From positions 1-64,000 of the forward strand of contig CAUYUJ010000243.1 in the NCBI GenBank assembly GCA_963575745.1: a DNA stretch of 64,000 bases. The letters run 5' to 3'. A program made the translations under genes and the position numbers. The notes beneath the pieces are model-generated. The model did no database searches and was not told the DNA's origin. It saw only the letters and a list, made by a program, of their open reading frames with translations. This document shows, piece after piece, positions 31,901-42,960 of the stretch (position 1 is the stretch's first letter; every line of letters begins with the position of its first letter). Source of the DNA: Prorocentrum cordatum (taxonomy: Eukaryota).

Positions 31901-32950
31901 CAAAGACTCAGTCCACTCTGAGGTAGCACCATAGCGCAGTCGGCTCCAAATCTTCGCGGATTCAGCCAGGAGCCCAATGACCCTCTCCCCTCCTTTGGGA
32001 TTGGGAAGAAGAGCGCAGATTGTGCTAAGCAGCTGCGCTGGCCAAACTCCTTCATATTCGACCTGGTTAAGCAACTCTAAAAACTCGACCCGACCTTGAG
32101 GAGGGGCCCTTTAAAAAATCACGAGGGGTGAGAGCATCGACGCCTGAGGCTTTCGCAGGAAGCTTGGCAACCACACGCTCCAAATATTCCAACTCCAATG
32201 GAGGCAAAGGATCTCGCCAAGACTCGCCATGCAACTGCTGAAGCATATGAGCGATGGCCTCAGCATCGTCAACTGCATCGGTCCACAAGGCACGCCAATC
32301 TTTACGCTTTTCGCCCATGAACTCAGAAGGTTCAGAAATGGCCGGCCCCTGACAATAACTCTCATGCACCACGTGCTGAGGGTCACGCGCCATTGCGCGA
32401 AGACGCCCAGGATGTTGCCGCCACTGCTCAAGGGCCCATTTGGTAAACCGGCGCTTGCCCTTGGTGAGAGCTCGCGCCTGCGCCCTATGAGCCAGTCTCT
32501 CCGTCAAATGTGACCAGTCATCAAGCTCATCATGATTGGCCGAAGGTATGGTGGTTGACCAGCAAAGCCAACGGTCGCGCTCCTCCTGACCAGATGTGCC
32601 AGAATATTCAGAAGTATCTGCTGACTGAAAATGAGCAACATGTCGCTGAAGTTGCTGAAAACAATCGGATAGCTGCTGGGGGTCTCGCCCATGCTTAGCC
32701 AGCAACACCGCCCTTAATACCAGAGTATGCACAATGCCCCACTGCTCGCCCACAGGGTCGGAGAGATGAGCCCGCCCTGGAGCAGCCTGCGACAACTGCC
32801 ACTTAAGCTGGGGGCCTGCACCCCGCAGAGTTTCAAAGTCCTCCTGATGGTGAATACGGAAACCCATTTCCATCATGGCAATCCAGGTGCTGTACTTTCT
32901 GGTGAGCTGCGAAGATCCCATTGCATTAATATCCCCAAGGGAAATGCTGC
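28959..32950 (-). mobile_element. 5'-truncated LINE: RT + RNase H + C-terminal Cys/His Zn fingers, frameshifted (ORFs 32921-32067, 32074-31040, 31154-28959)
   Basis: RT: KASGVDAL, LPNPKGGERVIGLL, LLDFEKFHDSL, SLVAGSP, TFIDD (31502-31513). RNase H: AFGDGSG, QTAPRSEL, YVTDH, NWDLW, GNQLADRAA. C-terminus: CRSC..HPSH..FCQLCG. No APE domain upstream. Confidence 0.92.
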
Positions 32951-34866
32951 TTCAGCGTGCGTCTGCTGATCTCCCCGAGCGTCGGCGCAACAATAGGGGG
33001 CCTGAGGGCCACACTTCTTCAGGAAGGAAGAAGGAAACTGAATCAGCTTCAGCTGCCGTGGTCGCAGCCTCTTTGTGAAGTATGTCAAATTCAGCTTGAA
33101 GGTCCTCTGGAAGCTTCGCTCTGCATTCTGGCGCGGAAGAAACGGACTGTCCGCTTGGCCTGCCCCTTTTGGAACCGTCTTCGGCGTCTCCTCGGCCTTC
33201 TTGGGCGCCTTCAGGGCCGTCTTGAAGCCCTCTTGGGCCGCCTGTGGCTTCTCTTGCGTGATCTCGTGGGCCGTTTGACGGCTGTCTCGGGGGGCATCTT
33301 CAGCCGTCTCGGAAGGAGACAAATTGTACATGTTGGAACTGCACGCTTTCCATCGGGATTTGACGATGTTCCTCTCCCGTGGCCCTCCCTTAGCGGCCGT
33401 CTAGAGTGCGAGGCGCGTCGTGGGGGGCTTTTTGGGGCCTCTCGGGGGCCTCTTGGGGGCCTATTGCGAGTTCTTGAGGGCATCTTGGGGCGGAAGGTTC
33501 GACTTGTTGATTTGCCCCCCCCTCTTGGAGCCGTCTTGGGGCTCTCCTTGATCGTTCTGGGCGCCTCCTGGCCCGTCTTGGAGACCTCCTGGTCCACCCG
33601 GCGGATCTTCGGCAGGTCTTTTGCCGCCGTGTGGAGGCAGACTGTCAGGCCTCTTGGGCCGTCTTGGAGCATCGGAAAACAGAACCATCACATGCACTGA
33701 ACGTGTGCGATTTTACTATTTGAGTTAAACGACTTTCCCCTCCCCGAAGCCTCCCCGAGCAGCCGTCTAGCGTGCGAGGCGCGGCTCGGGGCGCTTTTGG
33801 GGGACCTCTGGGGCGTTTTTCGGAAACCTCTGGAAGGCAAATCGGGCGAATATGCGAACAAAAAAATACATCCTAAAGGAATTGCCAGATTTTTGGCCCC
33901 TGGGGCTCCCTCAGGGGGCGTTCTGGAGGCCTCTTGGGGCGCCTTGACGCTTCTTGGACTGGCTTGGGGTGTCTTGGGGGCCTCCGCGAACCTCTGAGGG
34001 GCCTCTTGGGGACTTCCTTGGGGGCCTCTCCAGCGCAAGCGCGGCAAAATCCATTCGGAGCCATCGTCCGAGACCCCCGCTGGGAGCGGTCTTGGTGGCC
34101 TCTTGGGGGTTTGGGCGCTTCTTGGGACGTCTTGGAACTTTCTTGGGGACCTCTGGGGCCGTCTTGGGCGCTGTGAAGGCGAATCAGGGGAATATTCACA
34201 GAAGTCTTCGGTTTCCGAAGGGGATGGGACGATTGTTGCTCCTCGGGGCTCCCTCTTTGGGCATGCCTCGGGGGCCCTCTTGGGGCGGGGGGTTCGAAAT
34301 GTCAGATGGATTTCCCCATCTTGGGTTCCTCTCTTTTTTCTTTCCAGCCGAGGGCTGCGAATATCGCGTGTCTGTACGCGCTTAGCGATCCGCGACAATT
34401 TGCACAGAAGCTCACAAGGAAAGAAGGAAAAAACATGGTCGAGCTCGAAAACTTGATGAAGTTCGGCCAGACTGCGTCCAAATTGCGCGCAGCACGAAAT
34501 CGCCACTGTCGAACTACTGCGTTGAGCGGCAAATGCCGACAAAGCCATGCAACACGGTCAACTGCGCCATACGGAACTGGGCTGCCCCCACTTAAGCGGG
34601 CAACCCTCTAATGCCACTTGCGCCTGCGACCCTACTGGGTGAATTAATCTGTAAACTACCCAGAAGCACCTTAAATACGCTGGGCCAGAAGTAATACGAC
34701 CTCTTGGTCGAAGAATGTGCACATAGATGGGGATGCTTCACTTACTGTAAGTCAACACAACCTCACGCATACATGAGTTCAAACCTTAACAATTCTTCGA
34801 TTGAAGGCTTCGAACTGGGTAAAGATCCCGAATGTCGCTCCACCTGCAGCTCTGCCGTCAACTCGA

Positions 34867-36098
34867 TCACGAGACTGTCGTCTTCGTCGCGAGCACGAGG
34901 AAGTTCACTGGATCGTTCGAGGTGGAAACCGCATCGACGAACCCCAGCTTCTGCAACTCCTCACCAACATTAAGAGCATAATACTCGCCGTCTTTGCACC
35001 GCGGCTCCGTCACTTGGAAGGCCCAGCGGCGGAATGGTGGCAGCTCCAGCAGCCTCATCGGGTCGACATCCAACACCGCAATCACCCCACCTGGCGCGAG
35101 CACCCGGCATGCTTCCCTGAGAGCCTCGACGCTGACCTCGCGAGGAAGTGCAAGAGGAAGTTGAACGTCACCACGTCAAACAGTCCACTCTCAAACCCTG
35201 TGGCCTCCGCGAGGCCGTGGGTAAACTCCAGATTTGGGTACGTGCTCTTTGCCGTGGCCAGATAGTAAGGGCCCAGGTCGAGCCCCGTGGCCCGAACGCT
35301 CGGAAACGTGTCCGCCATCTGCCGCGTCGAGAAGCCGCCGCTGCAGCCTACGTCGAGGAGCCTCGTGGGCGGCGGTGCCGAAACTGCTTCCGCCACGCCC
35401 TGTGCCTGCCGCCGCCTGTCCGCGATTGCCGCGCGAGCGGAGCCGCGGAACCTCTCCTGTGCCTCCTCCCACGTCGTCTCGGCCTGGTAATAGCCGAGGC
35501 GCATCGATTGCGTGGCGGCCTCCAGCTCGCGCGCGGCCTTCCAGCTGAGGTTGCCGTCGTCGTAGCCGTGGAAAGGCTGGGTGTAGTAGGCCGGGCACTG
35601 CAGGTCGGGATCGCGCACCTGCTCGAACAGGCGGTCCAGCTCCGCCTGGCGACTGCTCATCAGCTGCACGCTCTCAGCCCACTGGATACCGCGATCCTCC
35701 GCTCGCTTGATGAACCAGCTGCGCGCTGCGTCCTTCGCGATTGAGGAGAGGAGCTCCCAGGGCTTAACGTCGAGCTTCAGGCCAACATCTTGTGCCATCT
35801 GCACCACTTTCCCAGGATTCGCCTCGGACCGGTCCGTGGCGTTCGCCATGGCATGCGCCTCCATCTCCGCGCGGGGTGCCAGTCGCATGCGCGTTCGCCG
35901 CGTGCGCGGCCGCGCGATGCTGGCGGCGGCGCGCGCCGCCGCACCGAGCAGCACCGCGGGCGCGGCCGGCGGCTTCTCGCGGTGGGCGCCATGCGCAGCG
36001 GCCTGCGCGGGGGGCGGCCCTGCGCGCTGCGACCGCGCCAGGGCAGACGGCCGCGCGGCGGCGAACGCCGCGGACGCGGGGGAGCCAAAGGCCGCCAT
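34867..36098 (-). pseudogene. Frameshifted copy of the SAM-dependent methyltransferase retrogene
   Basis: 1232 nt versus 1236 nt in the intact copy; net 4-nt deletion near 35145 (LLHELP lost). Substitutions include Y>C, W>R and C>R. Confidence 0.93.
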
Positions 36099-36198
36099 CC
36101 GCGGCGGGAGTTGGCCGGCAAGGAGGCAGCGCGGCGAAGGGGGGGGGCCGGGTCGAGCGGGAAGGACGGCGGGGGTCTCCCGGGCCAGGTAGCGCGAA

Positions 36199-36235
36199 CT
36201 GGAGCCAAAATGGCTCGAGCCAAAATGGCTACGGA
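36199..36235 (-). other. Spliced leader (1 mismatch) plus relic SL, copy 1
   Basis: TCCGTAGCCATTTTGGCTCGAG (36235-36214) followed by CCATTTTGGCTCCAG (36213-36199). Confidence 0.93.
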
Positions 36236-36729
36236 CCCCATCTTGGGTTCCTCTTGGGCCCCTTTGGGGACCCGTTTGGGCTGTCTTGGGCGTTCCTTGG
36301 AGCGTCTTGGGGCCCTCTTGGGCCGTCTTGGGGCCCTCTGGAGCACCTCTTCGGCGGTCTTGGGACGGTCTCGGGAGCCTCTGAGGTCGTCAAGAACGGT
36401 ACGACAGCGAAAACAATCAATATGCTTGCAGCGGCCTGTGGGCGTCTCGGGTCTCTCTTGGAGCGTCTTCGGGCTCTCTTGGCGCTTTCTGGTGGCGCCT
36501 TGTGGGCCTCTGGGGCCGCCCAAGCGCCTGCATACCCACATTTGTGGTAGAGGTCGCGGCCCCAGGGGCCCTGGCCCTGGTCCGCCACTATATGTATACA
36601 AGTGTGAAGAGAGAGGGAGGGAGAGGGAGAGGGGGAGAGGGCAAGCTAGGTGCGCGCGCGTCATATCTGACGTCCTACCCCTCCCTCCCATCCCTTACCA
36701 TGGCGCTGATTTTTTCTATCCGCGGACTA

Positions 36730-37185
36730 GTGGGTGGTGGTGCGCGTGCGTGCGTGCGTGCGTGTGTGCGTGGTTGTGGTGGTGATGGTGGTGGTGGTGC
36801 TGGTGGTGGTGGTGGTGGTGGTGGTGGTGGTGGTGGTGGTGGTGGTGGTGTGTGGTGTGTGGTGTGTGGTGTGTGGTGTTGAGGTGGTTGTGTGTGGTGT
36901 GTGTGGTGTGGTGTGTGTGGTGGTTGGTGGTGTGTGGTGGTGGTGGTGGTGGTGGTGGTTGGTGGTGGTGGTGGTGGTGGTGGTGGTGGTGGTGGTGGTG
37001 GTGGTGGTGGTGGTGGTGGTGTGTGGTGTGGTGGTGGTGGTGGTGGTGTTTGGTGGTGGTGTGTGGTGGTGGTGTGTGGTGGTGGTGGTGGTGGTGGTGG
37101 TGGTGGTGGTGGTGGTGGTGGGGTGGTGAGTGGTGGTGTGGTGGTGGTGGTGTGTTGTGGTGTGTGTGCGTGTGTGCGCGTGTGC
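36730..37185. repeat. (GGT)n/(GT)n compound microsatellite
   Basis: Directly visible. Confidence 0.97.
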
Positions 37186-37198
37186 TGTGGCATGGCAC

Positions 37199-37370
37199 GG
37201 GAAATGACGCCAGCGCTGCAGCGGGAGCACGAGTCGAAACGGGCGGAAGCGCGGAAATGAGGCCAACGGTGCAGCGGGAGCACGATTCAGAACGAGCGGA
37301 AGCACGGAAATGAGGCCAGCGCTGCAGCGGGAGCACGATTCGGAACGAGCGGGGCCCGAAAATGAGGCTG
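37199..37370. repeat. ~54-bp minisatellite, ~3 copies (GGAAATGAGGCCAGCGCTGCAGCGGGAGCACGATTC..)
   Basis: Directly visible. Confidence 0.8.
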
Positions 37371-37673
37371 GCGCCTCGGCGAGAGCAGCATTTGGAAAAC
37401 AAATGCAGGAGAAAACCCAACTCCCGGGAATCCTGTGTGTAAAAAAGCAGGACGAAGGGGGGGGGTCGGCTACTTTCAGGCCGCCATCGGGGGAAGAGGG
37501 AGAGTAGTATTCATATTAAGTAATTGTAGAGAGGAAGAGAGAGAAAGAGAGAGAGAGACACGAAAAAAAGGACCTGAGAGAGTTGCTGCAGAGGGGGGAT
37601 GAGGGAATGGGAACAGGTATGGAGGGCAGGGCCGAGGGAACGAGGGTTACGAGGTGGCGGAGTGCAGCGCGGT

Positions 37674-37707
<34 letters not shown>

Positions 37708-39735
37708 GGGGGGGGGTGCAGGAAAGGGGGCGACGGGGCAGGGATGAGGGAGCGAAGGGCGCGAGGGACGCGAGTAGACACGCAAGGGGGAGAGGAGGAC
37801 GGGGGGGGAAGCATGCATGGTCGAGGGCAGTAAAGCAAGCGAGTGGGCGAGTGTTTTCACACTGCCGCCAAGAGGCTTCGCCGGGACCCCACACAGCGTC
37901 CAAGATGCAAAAGTCCCCACCTGGCGCCCAAGAAACCCACGACGCCTCAACCGTGGACTCCTCCCCTCGGGAATTGACAAAAACCCTTTTAGCAAAACAT
38001 GGTTTAGTGAAAACGACCTCGGGCCCAAACCTGGCGGGCGCAAACCTGGGAAATGACAGGCCCGGCGCCATGTGGAAAACCGAAAACGGACAATTCAACA
38101 ATCGACGTGTCTGGAAGGGGGGTTCTGTCCACCCCCGATCCCCGCCTCGTCAGGGGGGTCGGCGGACTGGCGCAAACCTCCTGAATAACTATATATGAAG
38201 CGAACGGGCGCGCAGGAGGGGAGGGCGGCACCACCATCGGCGCGATGCGACGGCGTGCTCGGCAACGCGATACTTCGATCGGGCATGCCCCCCTACGGGC
38301 GGATTTTGGACGACGAATATAAAACAGCCAAACAATATCCAAAACCGGTCAAGAAATAGTAGAAAACTCCCCCCCCCCATACGATTATTTGACTACTTTC
38401 GAAGATTCCTCCTGTAGAAGGACACGCCCGACTTAAGGGCGCAGGCCTCTTGGGCCGTCCTGGAGCATCGGAAAACAGAACCATCACATGTACTGAACGT
38501 GTGCGATTTTACTATTGGAATTAAACGACATTCCCCTCCCCGAACCCTCCCCAAGCAGCCGTCTAGCGTGCGAGGCGCGGCTTGGGACGCTTTTGGGGGA
38601 CCTCTGGGGCGTTTTTCGGAAACCTCTGGGGCCGTCTTGGACGCTGGGAAGGCGAATCTGGCGAATATGCGAACATAAAATACTGCCTAAAGGAATTGTG
38701 CGATTTTTGGCCCTTGGGGCTCCCTCAGGGGGCGTTCTGGAGGCCTCTTGGGGCGCCTTGACGCTTCTTGGACTGTCTTGGGGTCTCTTGGGGGTCTCCG
38801 GAAACCTCTGAGGGGCCTCTTGGGGACTTCCTTGAGCTTCCTGGGGGCCTCTCCAGCGCAAGCGCGGCAAAATCCATTCGGAGCCTTCGTCCGAGACCCC
38901 CGCTGGGAGCGGTCTTGGTGGCCTCTTGGGGGTTTGGGCGCTTCTTGGGACGTCTTGGAACTCTCTTGGGGACCTCTGGGGCCGTCTTGGACGCTGTGAA
39001 GGCGAATCAGGGGAATATTCACAGAATTCTTCGTTTTCCGAAGGGGATGGGACGATTTTTGCTCCTCGGGGCTCCCTCTTTCGGCATCTTGCGGGCCTAT
39101 TGGGGCCTCTTGGGGGCTTCTTGGGGGCCTCTTGCGGGCCTCGGGGGTCCTCTTGGGGCGGGGGGCTCGAAATGTCAGTTGGATTTCCCCATCTTGGGTT
39201 CCTCTCTCTTTTTCTTGTTCCAGCCGAGGGCTGCGAATATCGCGTGTCTGTACGCGCTTAGCGATCCGCGACAATTTGTACAGAAGCTCACCAAAAAAAC
39301 CATGGTCGAGCTCGAAAACTTGATGAAGTTCGGCCAGACTGCGTCCAAATTGCGCGCAGCGCGAAATCGTCACTGTCGAACTACTGCGTTGAGCGGCAAA
39401 TGCCGACAAAACCATGCAACACGGTCAACTGTGTCATACGGAACTGGGCTGCCCCCACTTACGCGGGCAACCCTCTAATGTCACTTGCGCGTGCGACCCT
39501 ACTGGGTGTATTAAAATCTGTAAACTACCCAGAAGCACATTAAATACGCTGGGCCAGAAGTAATACGACCTCTTGGTCGAAGAATGTGTACATGAATGAG
39601 GATGCTTCACTTACTGTAAGTCAACACAACCTCACGCAGACATGAGCTCAAACCTTAGCAATTCTTCGATTGAAGGCTTCGAACTGGGTAAAGATCCCGA
39701 ATGCCGTTCCACCTGCAGCTCTGCCGTCGGCTCGA

Positions 39736-40971
39736 TCACGAGACTTTCGTCTTCGTCGCGAGCACGAGGGAGTTCACTGGATCGTTCGAGGTGGAAACCA
39801 CATCGACGAACCCCAGCTTCTGCAACTCCTCACCAACATTAAGAGCATAATACTCGCCGTCTTTGCACCACGGCTCCGTCACTTGGAAGGCCCAGCGGCG
39901 GAATGGTGGCAGCTCCAGCAGCCTCATCGGGTCGACATCCAACACCGCAATCACCCCACCTGGCGCGAGCACCCGGTATGCTTCCCTGAGAGCCTCGATG
40001 CTGACCTCGCGAGGTAGCTCGTGTAATAGGAAGTTGAACGTCACCACGTCAAACAGTCCACTCTCAAACCCTGTGGCCTCCGCGAGGCCGTGGGTAAACT
40101 CCAGATCTGGGTACGTGCTCTTTGCCGTGGCCAGATAGTAAGGGCTCAGGTCGAGCCCCGTGGCCCGAACGCCCGGAAACGTGTCCGCCATCTGCCGCGT
40201 CGAGAAGCCGCCGCTGCAGCCTACGTCGAGGAGCCTCGTGGGCGGCGGTGCCGAAACTGCTTCCGCCACGCCCTGTGCCTGGCGCCACCTGTCCGCGATT
40301 GCCACGCGAGCGGAGCCGCGGAACCTCTCCTGTGCCTCCTCCCACGTCGTCTCGGCCTGGTAATAACCGAGGCACATCGATTGCGCGGCGGCCTCCAGCT
40401 CGTGCGCGGCCTTCCAGCTGAGGTTGCCGTCGTCGTAGCCGTGGAAAGGCTGGGTGTAGTAGGCCGGGTACTGCAGCTCGGGATCGCGCACCTGCTCGAA
40501 CAGGCGGTCCAGCTCCGCCTGGCGACTGCTCATCAGCTGCACGCTCTCAGTCCACTGGATACCGCGATCCTCCGCTCGCTTGATGAACCAGCTGCGCGCT
40601 GCGTCCTTCGCGATTGAGGAGAGGAACTCCCAGGGCTTAACGTCGAGCTTCAGGCCAACATCTTGTGCCATCTGCACCACTTTCCCAGGATTCGCCTCGG
40701 ACCGGTCCGCGGCGTTCGCCATGGCATGCGCCTCCATCTCCGCGCGGGGTGCCAGTCGCATGCGCGTTCGCCGCGTGCGCGGCCGCGCGATGCTGGCGGC
40801 GGCGCACGCCGCCGCACCGAGCAGCACCGCGGGCGCGGCCGGCGGCTTCTCGCGGTGGGCGCCCCGCGCGGCGGCCTGCGCGGGGGGCGGCCCTGCGCGC
40901 TGCGACCGCGCCAGGGCAGACGGCCGCGCGGCGGCGAACGCCGCGGACGCGGGGGAGCCAAAGGCCGCCAT
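39736..40971 (-). CDS. Class I SAM-dependent methyltransferase (411 aa, intronless), probably plastid-targeted
   Basis: Motif I LLDVGCSGG, GLDLSPYYL, HGLAEATGF, FDVVTFNFLLHELP and EAYRVLAPGG. The N-terminal YPAYYTQPFHGYDDGNLSW block is one I recall from cyanobacterial/algal homologues. An Ala/Ser/Arg-rich leader has a hydrophobic stretch followed by an Arg cluster. Confidence 0.92.
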   Translation of the reverse strand: MAAFGSPASAAFAAARPSALARSQRAGPPPAQAAARGAHREKPPAAPAVLLGAAACAAASIARPRTRRTRMRLAPRAEMEAHAMANAADRSEANPGKVVQMAQDVGLKLDVKPWEFLSSIAKDAARSWFIKRAEDRGIQWTESVQLMSSRQAELDRLFEQVRDPELQYPAYYTQPFHGYDDGNLSWKAAHELEAAAQSMCLGYYQAETTWEEAQERFRGSARVAIADRWRQAQGVAEAVSAPPPTRLLDVGCSGGFSTRQMADTFPGVRATGLDLSPYYLATAKSTYPDLEFTHGLAEATGFESGLFDVVTFNFLLHELPREVSIEALREAYRVLAPGGVIAVLDVDPMRLLELPPFRRWAFQVTEPWCKDGEYYALNVGEELQKLGFVDVVSTSNDPVNSLVLATKTKVS

Positions 40972-41072
40972 CCGCGGCGGGAGTTGGCCGGCAAGGAGGC
41001 AGCGCGGCGAAGGGGGGGGGGCTGGGTCGAGCGGGAAGGACGGCAGGGGTCTCCCGGGCCAGGTAGCGCGAA

Positions 41073-41109
41073 CTGGAGCCAAAATGGCTTGAGCCAAAAT
41101 GGCTACGGA
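41073..41109 (-). other. Complete dinoflagellate spliced leader plus relic SL, copy 2
   Basis: TCCGTAGCCATTTTGGCTCAAG (41109-41088, exact) followed by CCATTTTGGCTCCAG (41087-41073), ~100 nt upstream of the ATG. Confidence 0.97.
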
Positions 41110-41462
41110 CCCCATCTTGGGTTCCTCTTGGGCCCCTTTGGGGGCCCGTTTGGGCCGTCTTGGGCGCTTCTTGGACCGTCTTGGGGCCCTCTTGGGCCGT
41201 CTTGGGGCCCTCTGGAACACCTCTTCGGCGGTATTGGGACGGTCTTTGGAGCCTCTGAGGTCGTCAAGAACGGTACGACAACGAAAACAATCAATATGCT
41301 TGCAGCGGCCTGTGGGCGTCTCGGGTCTCACTTGGAGCGTCTTCGGGCTCTCTTGGCGCTTTCTGGTGGCGCCTTGTGGGCCTCTGGGGCCGCCCAAGCG
41401 CATGCATACCCACATTTGTGGTAGAGGTCGCGGCCCCAGGGGCCCTGGCCCTGGTCCGCCAT

Positions 41463-41530
<68 letters not shown>

Positions 41531-42461
41531 CGCAGGACGTCTGGCGGCACTTACGTCTGCAGAGAGCATCCCACCACTCGTCAGCTTTACACGTGGCCGA
41601 CACCTCAAGGCACTTGGGGACAAATGTGTTGCCGACGCCCTCCAGGCGACTCCACAATAAAACATTATCCTGGCGAAGGACCCAACCATATGCAGTTGTG
41701 AGTATCGCAATTGTGAGTATCTTCTTCGGTGGCGCTCCCTATGGGGCCACGAACCGCATGAGGGGTGTGCCGAAATGTGGCGGGGTACACAACGCAAAGG
41801 AATACGATAGATCTGATGACGAAAGAAAGAACGCGGGTGAGTCAGAGCGCGAGGGAATCTGAGTATGAATGGGTCTGCGCGCGAATGAATATATTTGCAT
41901 GAATGCGATCATGGAAACGCCTAGTGTAAGTGTATATGAATGTGAATGGTTCGAGCATGCCTGTCCGAACACACGTGACACTGGGCGTGGCCGCCGCAGG
42001 CAGCTTCCGCGGGAACCCCGACGGCAGCGTCCGCACGTCGCGACGCCCATGTCGGCACGCCTCTTGCGAGGATCGCGCCCGCTTTCGGCTCTTCTTTTCC
42101 TTCCTCTTTGCCCGCGCACTCCAAAATCCAAGGCTGCGGGCGCAGCGCAGCGCGGAGTCCCCGCGACGCGCGCTGGTCGCCCCGGGCGGGGCCCCAGCGA
42201 CGCGCGCGGGTCGTCCGCTGCGCGAAGCAGAGAGAGCTGACTAGCTAACTGGCTGGCTGATAGCGGGCAAGTCTCTGACCGCTGGGCAGAGCGACGACGG
42301 GCGAACGAGGCGCCGGGCCCCCCGCAGCACGGAGTTCCCGCGACGCGCGCTGGTCGCCCCGAGAGGGTCCCAGCGACGCGCGCGGGTCGTCCGCGGCGCG
42401 AGGCCAAACAATTAGTCGGGCAGTCGAGAGAAGGCGCAGCTCGGGGGAGACGCTCCTCAGG

Positions 42462-42945
42462 TCAGGCCTCGCGGATGAACTCGGTGAAGCCGAGCTCCCT
42501 GGCGAGGGCCGTCGCTTCCCTCCTGCACCGCTTCGTGCGCGCAGCAAACTGCTCCAGCTGCTTCTGCAAGCCCTGCGGCGGCCCTGCCAGGAAGAACTCG
42601 ATGCGCGGCGCCCGCATGAGCAGGAGGTCCTCGTGGCGCGTGGCGCGCGAGAGCAGCACGTAGAGCTCCAGCCACCAGTCGTCGTCCTCCTTCTTGCCGT
42701 TCCCTACCTCGTGGCGGCCGCAATCCAGGATCACGCCTGGGCGACGTCGACCGAGGGAGCAGCGCGCCGGGCAGCCGACGGCCCAGGGCGAGAGTCCACA
42801 GGACCGAGAGATGGTCTGGCCGCGGACTGCTCGCGCCCCGGAGGTCTGGCCGCCCCCGGAGCGCCGTTCCCCCGCCCCGTCGCCTTCGCGCATGGTGCGC
42901 CCCTGGCACGCCACCGTGGTGATGACCCTGCCGTGCGAGAAATGC
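42462..42945 (-). pseudogene. C-terminal fragment of a PIF1-like SF1 helicase (motifs V and VI), with one intron
   Basis: VITTVACQGRTMRE|GVILD...LYVLLSRATRHEDLLL. In-frame GC..AG|G intron at 42883-42737. The 5' part is replaced by the 90-bp array. Confidence 0.85.
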
Positions 42946-42960
42946 GGGGGGGGGGGGCCG

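Larger units (their letters stand above)
33646..36598. repeat. Segmental duplication, copy 1 (~3 kb); copy 2 is at 38442-41470
   Basis: Both copies start CAGGCCTCTTGGGCCGTC.TGGAGCATCGGAAAACAGAACC, end CCTGGTCCGCCA.TATATGT, and are colinear throughout. Confidence 0.95.
38442..41470. repeat. Segmental duplication, copy 2; ends in (TA)n at 41462-41530
   Basis: Colinear with 33646-36598. Confidence 0.95.

Noticed and set aside
41088..41109. SL RNA gene
   Set aside because: The SL is followed by a relic SL and the mRNA 5' UTR rather than an SL intron, and it lies inside TSDs, so it is a retrocopy.
40972..41550. N-terminal 193 aa of the 604-aa ORF call
   Set aside because: It reads through (TA)n, a dispersed repeat and the SL. 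The real start is the ATG at 40971, downstream of the SL.
41805..41830. CTGATGA-C-GAAA, resembling a hammerhead ribozyme core
   Set aside because: There is no stem II between the boxes and no flanking stems I/III that I can pair.
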